A DNA stretch of 64,000 nucleotides from Acidiferrobacterales bacterium (GCA_028820695.1 JAPPIB010000050.1:217146-281145); one strand, 5' to 3'; shown: positions 31,917-42,462, counted from the first letter of the stretch. Translations and numbers: made by a program. Notes: generated from the letters alone by a model not told the origin.

Positions 31917-32163
31917 GGTTGCAGGTGGGTTATGAAGTTGTATTTCTCGAAAATTCTACAGGACGATTCAGCAATCCAGGCCCGTTAATGCCGATAGCAT
32001 GCCGTGGAGATATCGATTGCGGAGATTTGGTCGGGCTCGGCCGAGACTGCTGTCGGCATCTGCCAAGCCGGGTACGCAAGATCAGCGACGATTCATGCCT
32101 GATGATGTGGAGCCGATCGTGTATTGGACGACATAGTCCATATGATCGCCTCGTTGCCATCAC

Positions 32164-32169
32164 TATAAT
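32164..32169 (+). promoter_or_regulatory. Candidate sigma70 -10 box for dapE-argD
   Basis: Perfect TATAAT about 45 bp upstream of ATG 32212; no good -35. Confidence 0.35.
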
Positions 32170-32211
32170 GGGCAGGGATTCTTGCGTTCACCAGGGTTGG
32201 AGTACATTTTG

Positions 32212-33369
32212 ATGAATCACGACAGTGCCACGACCGCACTTGCAAAAAAACTGATCCAGCAACCGTCAGTTACTCCTGACGACGCCGGCTGTCAGGCCAT
32301 TCTCGCCGATCTGCTGCAGAACGATGGTTATCGTGTCGAGCATATGAACTTCGGGTCGGTATCCAATCTGTGGGCGAGAATCGGTGACGAACGGCCGAAT
32401 CTGGTCTTTGTCGGACATACTGATGTCGTTCCAACCGGCGATGAGTCCGAGTGGATTTATCCACCATTTTCAGCGACGGAAGCCGATGGTGTGCTTTACG
32501 GCCGGGGTGCGGCAGACATGAAAGGCAGTATTGCAGCCATGGTGACCGCCTGTCAACGATTCCACTCCCGATACGAAACCTTTGCCGGGTCAATGTCATT
32601 ACTGATTACAAGCGATGAAGAGGGCATAGCCGTAGACGGCACCCGCCGCGTTCTGGAGGTATTGGATGCGAGGTCGGAGAAGATTGACTATTGTCTTGTC
32701 GGTGAGCCTACCTCGGTTTCGGAATTGGGCGATACGATCAAAATCGGTCGTCGCGGGTCTCTATGCTGTGAATTGGTTGTCAAGGGCAAGCAAGGACATG
32801 TTGCCTACCCGCATCTCGCAGATAATCCCATTCACCGTTCGGGCAGATTGATTGCCAGTCTTGCTGAGATGACCTGGCACGACGGAGGGACGGACTTTCC
32901 GGATACAACTTTGCAAATCTCCAATATCAACGCCGGAGTCGGTGCAGGAAATGTGATTCCAGGTCGATTGGACCTTTCGATGAATTTTCGATACTCTCCG
33001 GCTACAAAAGCCGCCACCCTGATTGACGATGTGGAATCTCTTTGCAGGAGCCTGAATCTGGACTATGAGGCGAACTGGGATCATTCGGCCGATTCCTACT
33101 ATACAAGCGAGACTTACTTTGCCGATGCGGTCGCCGATGCGGTCAGCCATATATTGAGCTGCAAGCCGATTCTATCTACGGATGGCGGGACATCTGATGG
33201 TCGGTTTGTTGCCGGTACCGGTGCCCAGGTCATTGAGTTGGGGCCGCTGAATTCGACGATCCACAAAGTCAATGAGTGTGTCGCGACGTCAGATCTGGAT
33301 TTGCTTTCACAAGTCTATGAGCGAATTATGGAGACAGTGCTTTTAGGAACTGATCATGGTACTGAATGA
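32212..33369 (+). CDS. dapE: Succinyl-diaminopimelate desuccinylase
   Basis: SVTPDDAGCQ, GHTDVVPTG, GRGAADMKG, TSDEEG, GEPT, GGTSDGRF, IHKVNE; ggag RBS before 32212. Confidence 0.96.
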   Translation: MNHDSATTALAKKLIQQPSVTPDDAGCQAILADLLQNDGYRVEHMNFGSVSNLWARIGDERPNLVFVGHTDVVPTGDESEWIYPPFSATEADGVLYGRGAADMKGSIAAMVTACQRFHSRYETFAGSMSLLITSDEEGIAVDGTRRVLEVLDARSEKIDYCLVGEPTSVSELGDTIKIGRRGSLCCELVVKGKQGHVAYPHLADNPIHRSGRLIASLAEMTWHDGGTDFPDTTLQISNINAGVGAGNVIPGRLDLSMNFRYSPATKAATLIDDVESLCRSLNLDYEANWDHSADSYYTSETYFADAVADAVSHILSCKPILSTDGGTSDGRFVAGTGAQVIELGPLNSTIHKVNECVATSDLDLLSQVYERIMETVLLGTDHGTE

Positions 33370-34579
33370 ACCGAATCAAGCCTCCGTCATAGATCTGGGG
33401 CATAAGTCATATACGCCCAATTACAAACCCCGAGACATCGTATTTCGTTCTGGAAGTGGCTGTCACCTTCAGGATATGGATGGAAACGAATACCTGGATC
33501 TGGGATCAGGAATCGGTGTCAACAGCTTAGGCCATAGGCATCCGGAAATTGTCGATGCATTGAACCACCAGGCATCGCGGATCTGGCATACCAGCAATAT
33601 CTATTTCACCGAGCCGCCGGTTCGGCTCGCTTCCCGGATCATCGACAGGACATTTGCCGAAAAGATATTTTTCTGCAATTCCGGCGCAGAGGCAAACGAA
33701 GCGGCAATAAAGGTAGTGCGCAAGTATGCCTACGAAAACCATGCTCCGGAAAAGCGAGTCATCATTACATTTGAAGGTTCATTTCATGGGCGGACAATCG
33801 CGTCGGTCACGGCTACCGCCCAACCGAAATATCATGAAGGGTTCGGTCCGCTGCCCGCTGGTTTTCGATATTGCGCATTCAATGATCTGGATAGTTTTAG
33901 AACTGCTTTGAAAGAAGATGTCTGTGCGGTCTTGCTGGAACCGATCCAGGGTGAAGGTGGGATACGCCCGTTTTCCGTGGATTTTCTTACGCAAGTTCGA
34001 AAATTATGTGACGAGAACGAATCGCTGTTGATATTCGATGAAATTCAATGCGGGATGGGCAGGACCGGACAACTCTTTGCCTATGAGTGGGCACACGATG
34101 TCGTGCCTGATGTCGTTACAATTGCCAAGGCACTTGGCGGCGGACTTCCAATCGGTGCAACCTTGCTTGGCAGCAAGCTCAACAACGTCCTCAGTCTCGG
34201 GAGTCATGGATCAACTTTCGGGGGAAATCCTGTGTGTTGCGCCGTGGCTGATGTCGTATTCAAGAAGCTCAGCGATGCAGATTTCCTGTCTCGTATCAGA
34301 ACAAAGGGTGAGTATCTGGTGTCCCGACTGACCCGATTGAATGAATGTACGGGATTTTTTGAGGAGATACGCGGCAAGGGCTTGATGATTGGGATGCAAA
34401 TCAGCCAAAGACATGGAGATATTGCCGCTCAAGTCATGCAAAGTTGCTTGGAGGAAGGCCTTCTGATTCTCCAGTCAGGGCCCAATGTCATTCGTCTGTT
34501 ACCCGCGTTGACGATCAGTGACGAAGAAATCAATCGTGGCGTAGAACTGCTTGAAAAGGCGCTGAAAAGGCACATTTGA
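33356..34579 (+). CDS. argD: Acetylornithine/succinyldiaminopimelate aminotransferase (class III)
   Basis: CNSGAEANE, SFHGRT, EPIQGEGG, FDEIQCGMGRTG, AKALGGG, HGSTFGGNP. Confidence 0.9.
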   Translation: MVLNEPNQASVIDLGHKSYTPNYKPRDIVFRSGSGCHLQDMDGNEYLDLGSGIGVNSLGHRHPEIVDALNHQASRIWHTSNIYFTEPPVRLASRIIDRTFAEKIFFCNSGAEANEAAIKVVRKYAYENHAPEKRVIITFEGSFHGRTIASVTATAQPKYHEGFGPLPAGFRYCAFNDLDSFRTALKEDVCAVLLEPIQGEGGIRPFSVDFLTQVRKLCDENESLLIFDEIQCGMGRTGQLFAYEWAHDVVPDVVTIAKALGGGLPIGATLLGSKLNNVLSLGSHGSTFGGNPVCCAVADVVFKKLSDADFLSRIRTKGEYLVSRLTRLNECTGFFEEIRGKGLMIGMQISQRHGDIAAQVMQSCLEEGLLILQSGPNVIRLLPALTISDEEINRGVELLEKALKRHI

Positions 34580-34699
34580 ACCATTTTGTTTACAATATAT
34601 CTGTTGAAACAACTATATAGGCAAAGCAGACATAGCAGCATAAGTTCCAGGCCGGTATTGCGGGAACTGCATTTCGATTCCGTGCCATTGCGCAATTGC

Positions 34700-34825
34700 C
34701 TCAACTGCTACGTCCGGGAATTCGCTGGACGACATTACCGCCGTTCGCCAGATACCGCCAACCAGATGGAATCCATCGTGCATGGGATGAGTGCGAGACA
34801 TCTCACATACAAGAAACCGGGTTGA
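34700..34825 (+). pseudogene. IS1595-family transposase C-terminal remnant
   Basis: LNCYVREFAGRHYRRSPDTANQMESIVHGMSARHLTYK resembles the recalled IS1595 C-terminus L.RYV.EFAGRHN.R..DT..QM.....GM.GKRL.Y. Confidence 0.65.
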
Positions 34826-34841
34826 TCAGGAGGGAGAGTCA

Positions 34842-35729
34842 ATGTCAAGGACCACAGCGATGCGCGCATTCGGCACTTCAGGCCGGGCAGGTCACGATTC
34901 GAGTGCTTTCTATGATCGGAGAATGTATGCCGATGACAAGTCTTCCGGTGCCGCGAAATCCGATGAAGAGATCGACTGCAGTGAAGATGTAGTCAATCGG
35001 GTCTACAATCATTCCAGCACCGACATGTACCATCTGCCGAGCAATTGCGTTCATCTGATGGTGACATCACCTCCCTACAATGTAGGCAAGGAATATGATG
35101 AGGATTTAACCGAGAACGAGTATTGTGACCTTCTGTATTCTGTTTGGCAGGAGGTTTATCGTGTACTGGTCCCTGGCGGCAGGGCGTGTATCAACATTGC
35201 CAACATTGGAAGAAAGCCATACATCCCGTTAAACGCCATGATATCTCGTCAAATGAGTGCGATCGGATACCTGATGCGAGGGGAGATCATTTGGGATAAG
35301 TCTGCCAGTGCAGGGGCTTCATGTGCATGGGGAAGTTGGAAATCAGCCTCAAATCCCGTGCTTCGCGATACTCACGAATACATACTTGTTTTCTCGAAAG
35401 GACAATACAATCGCCAGGCAAAAGACAAGGAATCCACGATAAACAAAGATGAGTTCCTTGAATTCACCAAAAGCGTCTGGAAGTTCCCTGCTGAATCAGC
35501 AAGACGCGTCAGCCATCCAGCCCCGTTCCCTCTCGAATTACCGAGAAGATTGATTCAGTTGTATACCTATGCCAATGACGTTGTACTTGATCCGTTTATC
35601 GGATCCGGCACAACTGCAGTTTCTGCGTCGCGCGCAGGGCGAAGGTATGTTGGATATGATGTATCTTCAGAATATGTAAAGATTTCTGAGACACGCTTGG
35701 TGATGGAAGGCCAGCCGTTGCTTGTATGA
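34842..35729 (+). CDS. N4/N6 DNA methyltransferase, beta class, apparently orphan
   Basis: Catalytic TSPPY before SAM motif DPFIGSGTT; HPAPFP; aggagg RBS before ATG 34842. Confidence 0.92.
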   Translation: MSRTTAMRAFGTSGRAGHDSSAFYDRRMYADDKSSGAAKSDEEIDCSEDVVNRVYNHSSTDMYHLPSNCVHLMVTSPPYNVGKEYDEDLTENEYCDLLYSVWQEVYRVLVPGGRACINIANIGRKPYIPLNAMISRQMSAIGYLMRGEIIWDKSASAGASCAWGSWKSASNPVLRDTHEYILVFSKGQYNRQAKDKESTINKDEFLEFTKSVWKFPAESARRVSHPAPFPLELPRRLIQLYTYANDVVLDPFIGSGTTAVSASRAGRRYVGYDVSSEYVKISETRLVMEGQPLLV

Positions 35730-35985
35730 ACTGTCCCAAGTCCTGACAAGCGTAAACGATTCGCTGCAGGAGACCCTGTCGCATTCGATCAGCCCGACCT
35801 GCATAGGTTCGAGATAGGACAGATGGAACCTTCGTCAATTGCGCTCAGATAGCGATCAGTTACTGGCTGGTTATAGAAGCTCGACAAGCAATCCGGAAAG
35901 ACTGCTGGAATACCATCTTTCCCCGTGAAGACAGTCTGGCTGGGGGTAATTCCCCAATGCCGAACTTCGTCGCAAACGGAAATAA

Positions 35986-37092
35986 TCAGGCGGTTGCGGG
36001 CTGGGTCGCGTCTAACGCGCGACAATCTTCGGATTGCCACCCGATCGAGATTTCCTGGCCATATTCCAGATTGACGTGACCGTGTGAATTTGGAATCTTG
36101 ACTATGAAATCACTTTGTCCGCAAAGACTGACACGAGTTCGTACATGATCGCCCAGGTAAATCACCTCTTCAACTTTGGCTGGAACAACATTTGCACAGG
36201 TACCCGGTTCCGGTTGGACAGTGACTCGCTCTGGTCTCAATGACAGTGTGGTACGGGAATTATTGCCATCAATATTGACAACCTTGGCCTGGACTGTATT
36301 TCCATCCGAAACCTCAACATCGCATACGCCATTTGAAACGTTCCTGACAGTTCCGAACAGAACATTGTTTTCTCCGATAAACTGCGCGACGAAAGCATTT
36401 TCCGGCTCTTCATAGAGATCATCCGGCGGGGCTAATTGTTGAATGATTCCATCATTGAACACCGCAATCCGATTCGACATGGTCAGTGCTTCGCCTTGAT
36501 CGTGGGTGACGTAGATCACGGTTACATCCAGATTTTCGTGGATATGCTTGATTTCGTATTGCATCTGTTCGCGGAGCTGTTTATCAAGGGCTCCTAACGG
36601 TTCGTCCATCAAAACCAGCTTGGGCTCGAAGACCAGCGCCCGCGCCACTGCAACCCGTTGCTGCTGACCACCTGAAAGCTGTCCCGGCAGTCTTGCGCCG
36701 AACTCACCGAGCTGAACCATATTCAGAGCCTTGTTCACCCGATCCTCAACTTCGGACGCGGGTAACTTTCGAACACGGAGCGGGAAGGCTAAATTCTCAC
36801 TCACCGTCATATGCGGGAAGAGGGCATAGTTTTGGAAAACCATCCCAATATCACGTTTATGAGGAGAGACGTGATTAATTGGATTTCCATCGAGAATGAT
36901 TTCGCCATGCGTCGCAGTTTCAAACCCAGCGAGCATCATCAGGCACGTTGTTTTCCCGGAACCTGAAGGGCCCAACAACGTAACAAACTCTCCCTTCGCC
37001 ACAGAAAGGTTTAAGTTTTTGACGACCAAAGTTTCGCCGTCATAACTTTTTTGAACGTCAACAAACTGGACGTATGATTCTTTTTCTTTCAT
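35986..37092 (-). CDS. Polyamine-type ABC transporter ATPase (PotA-like) with TOBE tail
   Basis: GPSGSGKTT, MVFQNYALFPH, LSGGQQQR, LMDEPLGALD, LRPE. Confidence 0.9.
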   Translation of the reverse strand: MKEKESYVQFVDVQKSYDGETLVVKNLNLSVAKGEFVTLLGPSGSGKTTCLMMLAGFETATHGEIILDGNPINHVSPHKRDIGMVFQNYALFPHMTVSENLAFPLRVRKLPASEVEDRVNKALNMVQLGEFGARLPGQLSGGQQQRVAVARALVFEPKLVLMDEPLGALDKQLREQMQYEIKHIHENLDVTVIYVTHDQGEALTMSNRIAVFNDGIIQQLAPPDDLYEEPENAFVAQFIGENNVLFGTVRNVSNGVCDVEVSDGNTVQAKVVNIDGNNSRTTLSLRPERVTVQPEPGTCANVVPAKVEEVIYLGDHVRTRVSLCGQSDFIVKIPNSHGHVNLEYGQEISIGWQSEDCRALDATQPATA

Positions 37093-37152
37093 TACAGATA
37101 CCTATGTTGCCTTGCTCCTCGCCCGGTGTAGTATAGGATATTACAGGTCGAA

Positions 37153-37749
37153 TCAAGCAACAAAAAAGTGAAATATATCCTGTGAACCTTCCCAGAGCAT
37201 GGTAATGGCGACAATGAAAATTATAATTATTCCCACATAGGCAAGCCAGCGATGCTTTTGAAGCAGATTAGCAATATACGTTGCTGCTACGAGCATGAGT
37301 ACCACCGAGAGTGCCAGGCCAAAAACTAGTATCGCGAGATGATCTCGGGCAATCCCGGCGACAGCCAATACGTTATCCAGTGACATGGATATATCAGCCG
37401 CAAGAATCTGAAAAAGCGCTTGTTTGAAGCTTAGTGACTGGGATGGGCTATCTGGGTTTATCGAAGATTCTGTAGTATTGTGACGATTCATATCGACATA
37501 CAGCCGCCAGCAAACCCATAGCAAGAGCAGGCCACCGACTACCAACAACCCGGGAATCTTAAGTAACTGAACTGTCACTACGGCGAAACAGATTCGCAGT
37601 ATGACAGCCAGACCGACTCCGATTGCGATCACTTTCGCACGCTGTTCTTTAGGCAATCCGGCTGCCACCAACCCGACAGCGATCGCGTTGTCCCCAGCGA
37701 ACAGGATGTCCACTAGTACAACTTGAAAAAATACACTTAATTCAGACAT
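37153..37749 (-). CDS. TerC-family membrane protein; start inferred
   Basis: DILFAGDNA and ADISMSLDNVLAVAG motifs. Confidence 0.9.
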   Translation of the reverse strand: MSELSVFFQVVLVDILFAGDNAIAVGLVAAGLPKEQRAKVIAIGVGLAVILRICFAVVTVQLLKIPGLLVVGGLLLLWVCWRLYVDMNRHNTTESSINPDSPSQSLSFKQALFQILAADISMSLDNVLAVAGIARDHLAILVFGLALSVVLMLVAATYIANLLQKHRWLAYVGIIIIFIVAITMLWEGSQDIFHFFVA

Positions 37750-38157
37750 TAGGGCGTGTGAAAACTCTATAGGAAAGGTGTCTAACTGACTACCCGACTG
37801 CATTAGTATATTGGATTGGCTGAGACGGAGAGCGACAATTGGTGCCGATCAGGAGGCCCTAAGGCAAATCAGGATATCGGATGGACAATTGAACATCATG
37901 AAATCAAGCACAATGTGAAGTCATTCATCCAGGCGTAGTCGGGAAGACTATTGGCAGGTTGAGCAAAATGAAGGCTTTTGCGACAATCCCATCATTCGAT
38001 CGCCAGATTTTGCAAAAGCCAGTGCCGAAGGGGCACTAATCTGACCTGTCAGATGTCGAAACTAAACGGTCATGATTGGTGTCATAAACCCCCATAATGA
38101 AAGCAATTTTCAAGGCAAAGGTACGGCCGAGGTCGAAAGCATCCAGTTCGCAAAGCG

Positions 38158-39207
38158 CTAGAAGTCGAAATGGGTCAAAAGAATTCCACCAGCTTTGACA
38201 CAACACTTGTACTTCGCCCAGTAGTTCCAAATGTATTCACCATCGCCAGCCTGCGCTTTGTACGGCCAGATCGGACTTTTGCCAAATGTCAGACATGACT
38301 TGTTTTCCAGCGGCAATATCATCTGCCATTTGTCTGTTTTCTCGTCCGACTTTGGTAGCCATTGGTACCAGGATTGCGATAGACAGCTGGATTCGCGGTC
38401 ACTCCATGAACCTCCACTTCGACTGCAATCGTCCTCGTTCGTCGCTTTAGAATCGCCGCGCTGGACGACGTTGAATGGTCTTTGAGAAAATTTATTGACG
38501 ACGTGTCCGGAAATGTCTCCGAGTAGAATATCAACTGCGCGTTGACAGTTTACGGCCGCCGCTTTCCCCGGATGAGCCTGAAAAACAAATCCCGAACGAG
38601 GGAAAACCGAGCCCCAAGTATGATGAGGCCAATCTCCAATTTCTCTCTCACCTGGAGTTTTGGCTTCTCTTCTCTCACCATCGGGCAACCCGCTTCGCCA
38701 TGCTTTATGGTCAATGAGAGAGATGAAGTAAGGAAAATGTGGCTTGGCCGCTGACTGACATAGAAATCTTCCGAATTCCATAGAATTACTCGCAGGGTTG
38801 CCGATTACGTCGACTTCACTATATTGAAGGGATTCCTGCTGCATCAATTCGTTTCCTACCCCTGCCATACTACCACCCGACAGCAACGAGTTGGACTGGT
38901 TCCGGATTGACTGAAGTATCGGTCTTTTCTCGACCCAAGGTGTTTTCGCTGATTGGGGATATGAGGTCACTACCAAATCTGGCAATCGATGAGAAATTCT
39001 TGGAGTTGTTACGACGAAACAGCCAAAAATTGAGCATTGGAGCCATATACAGATGCCACTGATTTTCCAATCAAGGCAATCAAGGCTCATAGAGCGCGAG
39101 ATTATTTCGGCTGTGGTAATTGGCTCAGCACTCGATTGGGAGGACGCCGACAATGCAAATAAAGCCGATAGGAGCCAAACTGCTACTGGTTTCTGAAGTC
39201 TCTCCAT
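38158..39207 (-). CDS. ICE TraU-like protein, TIGR03756-like
   Basis: CLDWKISGICIWLQC, PDLVV, DVIGNP, PGEREIG, WGSVFPRSGF, KAAAV..QRA, KWQM, YKCC. Confidence 0.88.
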   Translation of the reverse strand: MERLQKPVAVWLLSALFALSASSQSSAEPITTAEIISRSMSLDCLDWKISGICIWLQCSIFGCFVVTTPRISHRLPDLVVTSYPQSAKTPWVEKRPILQSIRNQSNSLLSGGSMAGVGNELMQQESLQYSEVDVIGNPASNSMEFGRFLCQSAAKPHFPYFISLIDHKAWRSGLPDGERREAKTPGEREIGDWPHHTWGSVFPRSGFVFQAHPGKAAAVNCQRAVDILLGDISGHVVNKFSQRPFNVVQRGDSKATNEDDCSRSGGSWSDRESSCLSQSWYQWLPKSDEKTDKWQMILPLENKSCLTFGKSPIWPYKAQAGDGEYIWNYWAKYKCCVKAGGILLTHFDF

Positions 39208-39623
39208 AAACGCAGAATTTCATCCAGTTCAGTAGTGTCGTATACAACTATTGAGTCGTCTATGACTGCGGCCGGCAGCCTGAGTATCCCGAATCGTTCC
39301 GCCAATTCGTGCGCTTCAATCGCAGTTCGATATAGGTTTTTGAGTTCATCCAGATTGTTTTTTATCCTGTCGGCAGCCTGCCGGGCAGCCACTTGCGGAT
39401 TGTCCGAGAGATTTTCACTTAGACTGGCGTTCATCCTATTGATCAGGGAATAGTCATACAGCTCGATACTGATCGACCCGGGAATGTCGGAGGCATGCAG
39501 CCGAATTTCTTGCGGTTTGTCTATAAACAGCTTGATGTTTTGAGGCAGGTCTGATGCATAGAGAATATGCACATTGATTGTTGATGCGAACAGAAAAGCA
39601 AGAAGTCCTGGCGCTGCTTTCAT
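39183..39623 (-). CDS. ICE protein TIGR03757/DUF1525-like
   Basis: LSENLSDNPQVA, A..FGILRLPAAVID..VVY; position between ATPase and TraU. Confidence 0.8.
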   Translation of the reverse strand: MKAAPGLLAFLFASTINVHILYASDLPQNIKLFIDKPQEIRLHASDIPGSISIELYDYSLINRMNASLSENLSDNPQVAARQAADRIKNNLDELKNLYRTAIEAHELAERFGILRLPAAVIDDSIVVYDTTELDEILRLWRDFRNQ

Positions 39624-42457
39624 AACTCTGACTTCTTTGATCGATTGGTTCTAATTGAATCGGCGATCAGATAAGCCGCTTCAAGTTCGGAAACACTTTC
39701 CTGATCCATGATTCTCTGTCGCTCGGCTTTCTCACTCTTTTCTGTCTGACTCAACGCGAGTGCGAGAGCCGGAGGAGTATTTCTGAATAAAGACAGCAGG
39801 CGGGCGGAAATTATGGTTCCTTCCGTGAAAAGACCTGGCGATTTCCTGGCGGCGAGAAGCAAATCCTTCTGTTGGGATGTCAATGACTTGAACCTTGCAA
39901 TCTGATCAATTTCGTCTCTATCAAGTGACAGGCAGTACCACCACTCGGGCTGATTGAGCAGTTCTTTTGCATTGTCTGGAAACTGTCGAATATTTTGAGT
40001 TGCGATCCAAAGCCAAGCGCCGAAAGTTCGCCACATGGCGGAAATTCGATTGATATAAGGGGAAATCAGCGGGTTTTGCAACAGGATGTGTGCTTCATCA
40101 ATTACCACGATTGTCTGTCGTTGCGTGTATTGATTGGCTTCAATTTCGTTGTTGATCGTAGAAAACAGGCCAGTCAGAGCCACTGCAAGACGGTCTTCAT
40201 ATCCCCGTCTTGCAAGAATGTCCAATTCAATTACGGTGATGTCAGAGCTAGGCCACAAGTCACCCTCGCGGTCGAATAGCTCACCATTCAAGCCTGTACA
40301 GAACACATTGATTGCACTGGCCATTCGGGCTGATCGACTTTTCTGATGTTGCGACAGGGTACGATCGTCGATCGTGCCAGTTTTCGCCGCATCCAAAAAA
40401 GTCTGCATCAGATCAGATGTCATCGTCTGAGTTCTTCCGTCCGAAAGGGATCGCTTCGCTGCTTGCTTGAGTGCAACTCGAATCAAGTCCAAATCATCCC
40501 GTCGCAAGCGACTTTCTTCATTCTCCTGCCCGCCTGTGATCATCAGACGGGCTTGAATTTCCATTTCTCCCAGCGGATCTCGATGAAATGAGTCTGGCTT
40601 TTCAGAGCCGCCGTTCTCCGAGTCGAGAAGAGTTTGCGCGAACTTGAATGGGGGCAGGGATACCCTGCTGCTTCCGTCAATTCTCACCTGGTGAACCGAA
40701 AGTCCCATTTCCTTGCAATGTGCGGCAAACAATCCGAATGTTGGCAGCGCGGAGAGAAGTACGATTCTTGGTCGATGAACCGCGGTCAGGTGAAGAAGGA
40801 AGTAAATCAGCAAAGCTGTCTTTCCTGAGCCGGTGGGGCCGAGGATGAGCGAGTGTGCATTTTTTTGACGATCTGTGGGGTTCAATGGATCGAACACAAG
40901 CGGCTCTGCGCCGCGATTGAAAAGAATACACCCCGGAAAACCTGTTCCAGTTGATCTTCCGTACACTGGCAGCATTCTCGATATGTGGCTGGAAAACCAA
41001 AGTCTTGATCGACGTGCGAATGGCCTGTTATCCTGTTCAATGTCAAACCCAAACGGCAACGCCCGAATATAGCTGTCCAGAGCAATGGGATCGTGCCTGG
41101 GCGGAATAGGTCTAAGACCATTGGCGTGCATGAGACTCAAGACACGTTCGGTATTCCTGTTCAGTTCGGTCAGACTAGCACTTGACAGAAACACACCCGA
41201 GTACACTCGATATACCGGGTTGGAGCGTGTTATTTCCATTAAGGCGGTGTTTGCGAGGTTCCTCCGCTCGGATGCCGCGGGATCATCGCCAACTGAATTG
41301 GTACGAACTCGTCGAATTTTCTTCTCAATCTGCTCCTGAGGTGAGAAGACAACACTCATGGACCAGATGGAATTTTCGGGCATGCGATCCCATAGTGTGC
41401 CAATGGAGTCCCCGAATTTTCGTTCACCGGTCAGATGCCCGATTTCCGGTTCCACGGTCAATTCGTCCAAAGTTACAAATCTGCTCGGATTTCCGCAGAA
41501 CCACCAGATTCCCGGTCGTTTCCATGTCCATGGCACCGTACCGTGCATCGAAGCACGACTAATATCTGATCTTGCGTTGTTTGAAAACAATGACATCGAT
41601 CGTTCCTGCCGACTAGGGTTCCACGGGCTTGCCTGCAGTAACTCAGAAGTGTCTCCATATCCGGTATGCGTCGGCGGCTTGGGCACAAACCACTGTGTCA
41701 ACCATTCGTAGAGTTCTTCCGCGCCCTGGGCAATCAACTTGACTTCCGCCTGGGCAAGCGCACTTTCCAATTGTTCACAGACTTGATCAATGGTTTCGTC
41801 GCCTGTTGAGTTCGACGCGGGCAAGTTGCGCCAAATACACAAACGGATGCGTCTGTTTCTACCTCGCCATTGTTTTCCCACTAGACCCAAGTCGCGAAAT
41901 AAACCGCCTTTTTCGGTCATGTCTTTCAGATGCTCGCCAATTCGACGAAACCAATCAGTCGTATATTCGGTTTCTCGAATTGACTTGTGCGTATAACGTA
42001 TGACTTGCCTGGTCAATTCGCGGACAATACTGTCATTTTCATCTTGAACAAACCATTGTGCTATCCATGGTCCGTTCGAGAGTTCGGATATGCTATTTGA
42101 AATCGCTTCGGTGACTTTCTTGTGAAGTAATTCGATATCTTCCGGACTCCTGGCTTCAGTGCTGCTGCATACAACCTCAAATAGTCGACCTGTACTGTTA
42201 AGGTCGGCTAGTCCGATCAAGCCATTTTGCAGATCGATACGCGGTGCGAGCAGGTCGGAAAATGACCGTGTGCTCTTCACAATTGCGCGATACTCCTTGT
42301 CCGGATGGAGTTGAGGCTCAAGATATTCTGATACTGTAAGTGGTTTGCATCCGTCCCCATTCCATTCCACCAGTGGTATTTCGTCGTTGCCAGATTCTTG
42401 TGTAAATGAAGTTGAAGGCCTATTCCACCGAAACCAGTGTTTAAAGAGAGTGTTCAT
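39620..42457 (-). CDS. MPF_G VirB4-like conjugative ATPase, TIGR03744-like
   Basis: FNRGAEPLVFDPL, Walker A GPTGSGKT, RDPLGEME, Walker B VVIDEAH, WLWIATQN, EWW, LALSQTEK.EK; 945 aa. Confidence 0.93.
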   Translation of the reverse strand: MNTLFKHWFRWNRPSTSFTQESGNDEIPLVEWNGDGCKPLTVSEYLEPQLHPDKEYRAIVKSTRSFSDLLAPRIDLQNGLIGLADLNSTGRLFEVVCSSTEARSPEDIELLHKKVTEAISNSISELSNGPWIAQWFVQDENDSIVRELTRQVIRYTHKSIRETEYTTDWFRRIGEHLKDMTEKGGLFRDLGLVGKQWRGRNRRIRLCIWRNLPASNSTGDETIDQVCEQLESALAQAEVKLIAQGAEELYEWLTQWFVPKPPTHTGYGDTSELLQASPWNPSRQERSMSLFSNNARSDISRASMHGTVPWTWKRPGIWWFCGNPSRFVTLDELTVEPEIGHLTGERKFGDSIGTLWDRMPENSIWSMSVVFSPQEQIEKKIRRVRTNSVGDDPAASERRNLANTALMEITRSNPVYRVYSGVFLSSASLTELNRNTERVLSLMHANGLRPIPPRHDPIALDSYIRALPFGFDIEQDNRPFARRSRLWFSSHISRMLPVYGRSTGTGFPGCILFNRGAEPLVFDPLNPTDRQKNAHSLILGPTGSGKTALLIYFLLHLTAVHRPRIVLLSALPTFGLFAAHCKEMGLSVHQVRIDGSSRVSLPPFKFAQTLLDSENGGSEKPDSFHRDPLGEMEIQARLMITGGQENEESRLRRDDLDLIRVALKQAAKRSLSDGRTQTMTSDLMQTFLDAAKTGTIDDRTLSQHQKSRSARMASAINVFCTGLNGELFDREGDLWPSSDITVIELDILARRGYEDRLAVALTGLFSTINNEIEANQYTQRQTIVVIDEAHILLQNPLISPYINRISAMWRTFGAWLWIATQNIRQFPDNAKELLNQPEWWYCLSLDRDEIDQIARFKSLTSQQKDLLLAARKSPGLFTEGTIISARLLSLFRNTPPALALALSQTEKSEKAERQRIMDQESVSELEAAYLIADSIRTNRSKKSEL

Positions 42458-42462
42458 GACGG

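Noticed and set aside
35730..35985. Possible restriction endonuclease or binding-protein remnant after the MTase
   Set aside because: Only short frames with no recognisable motif.
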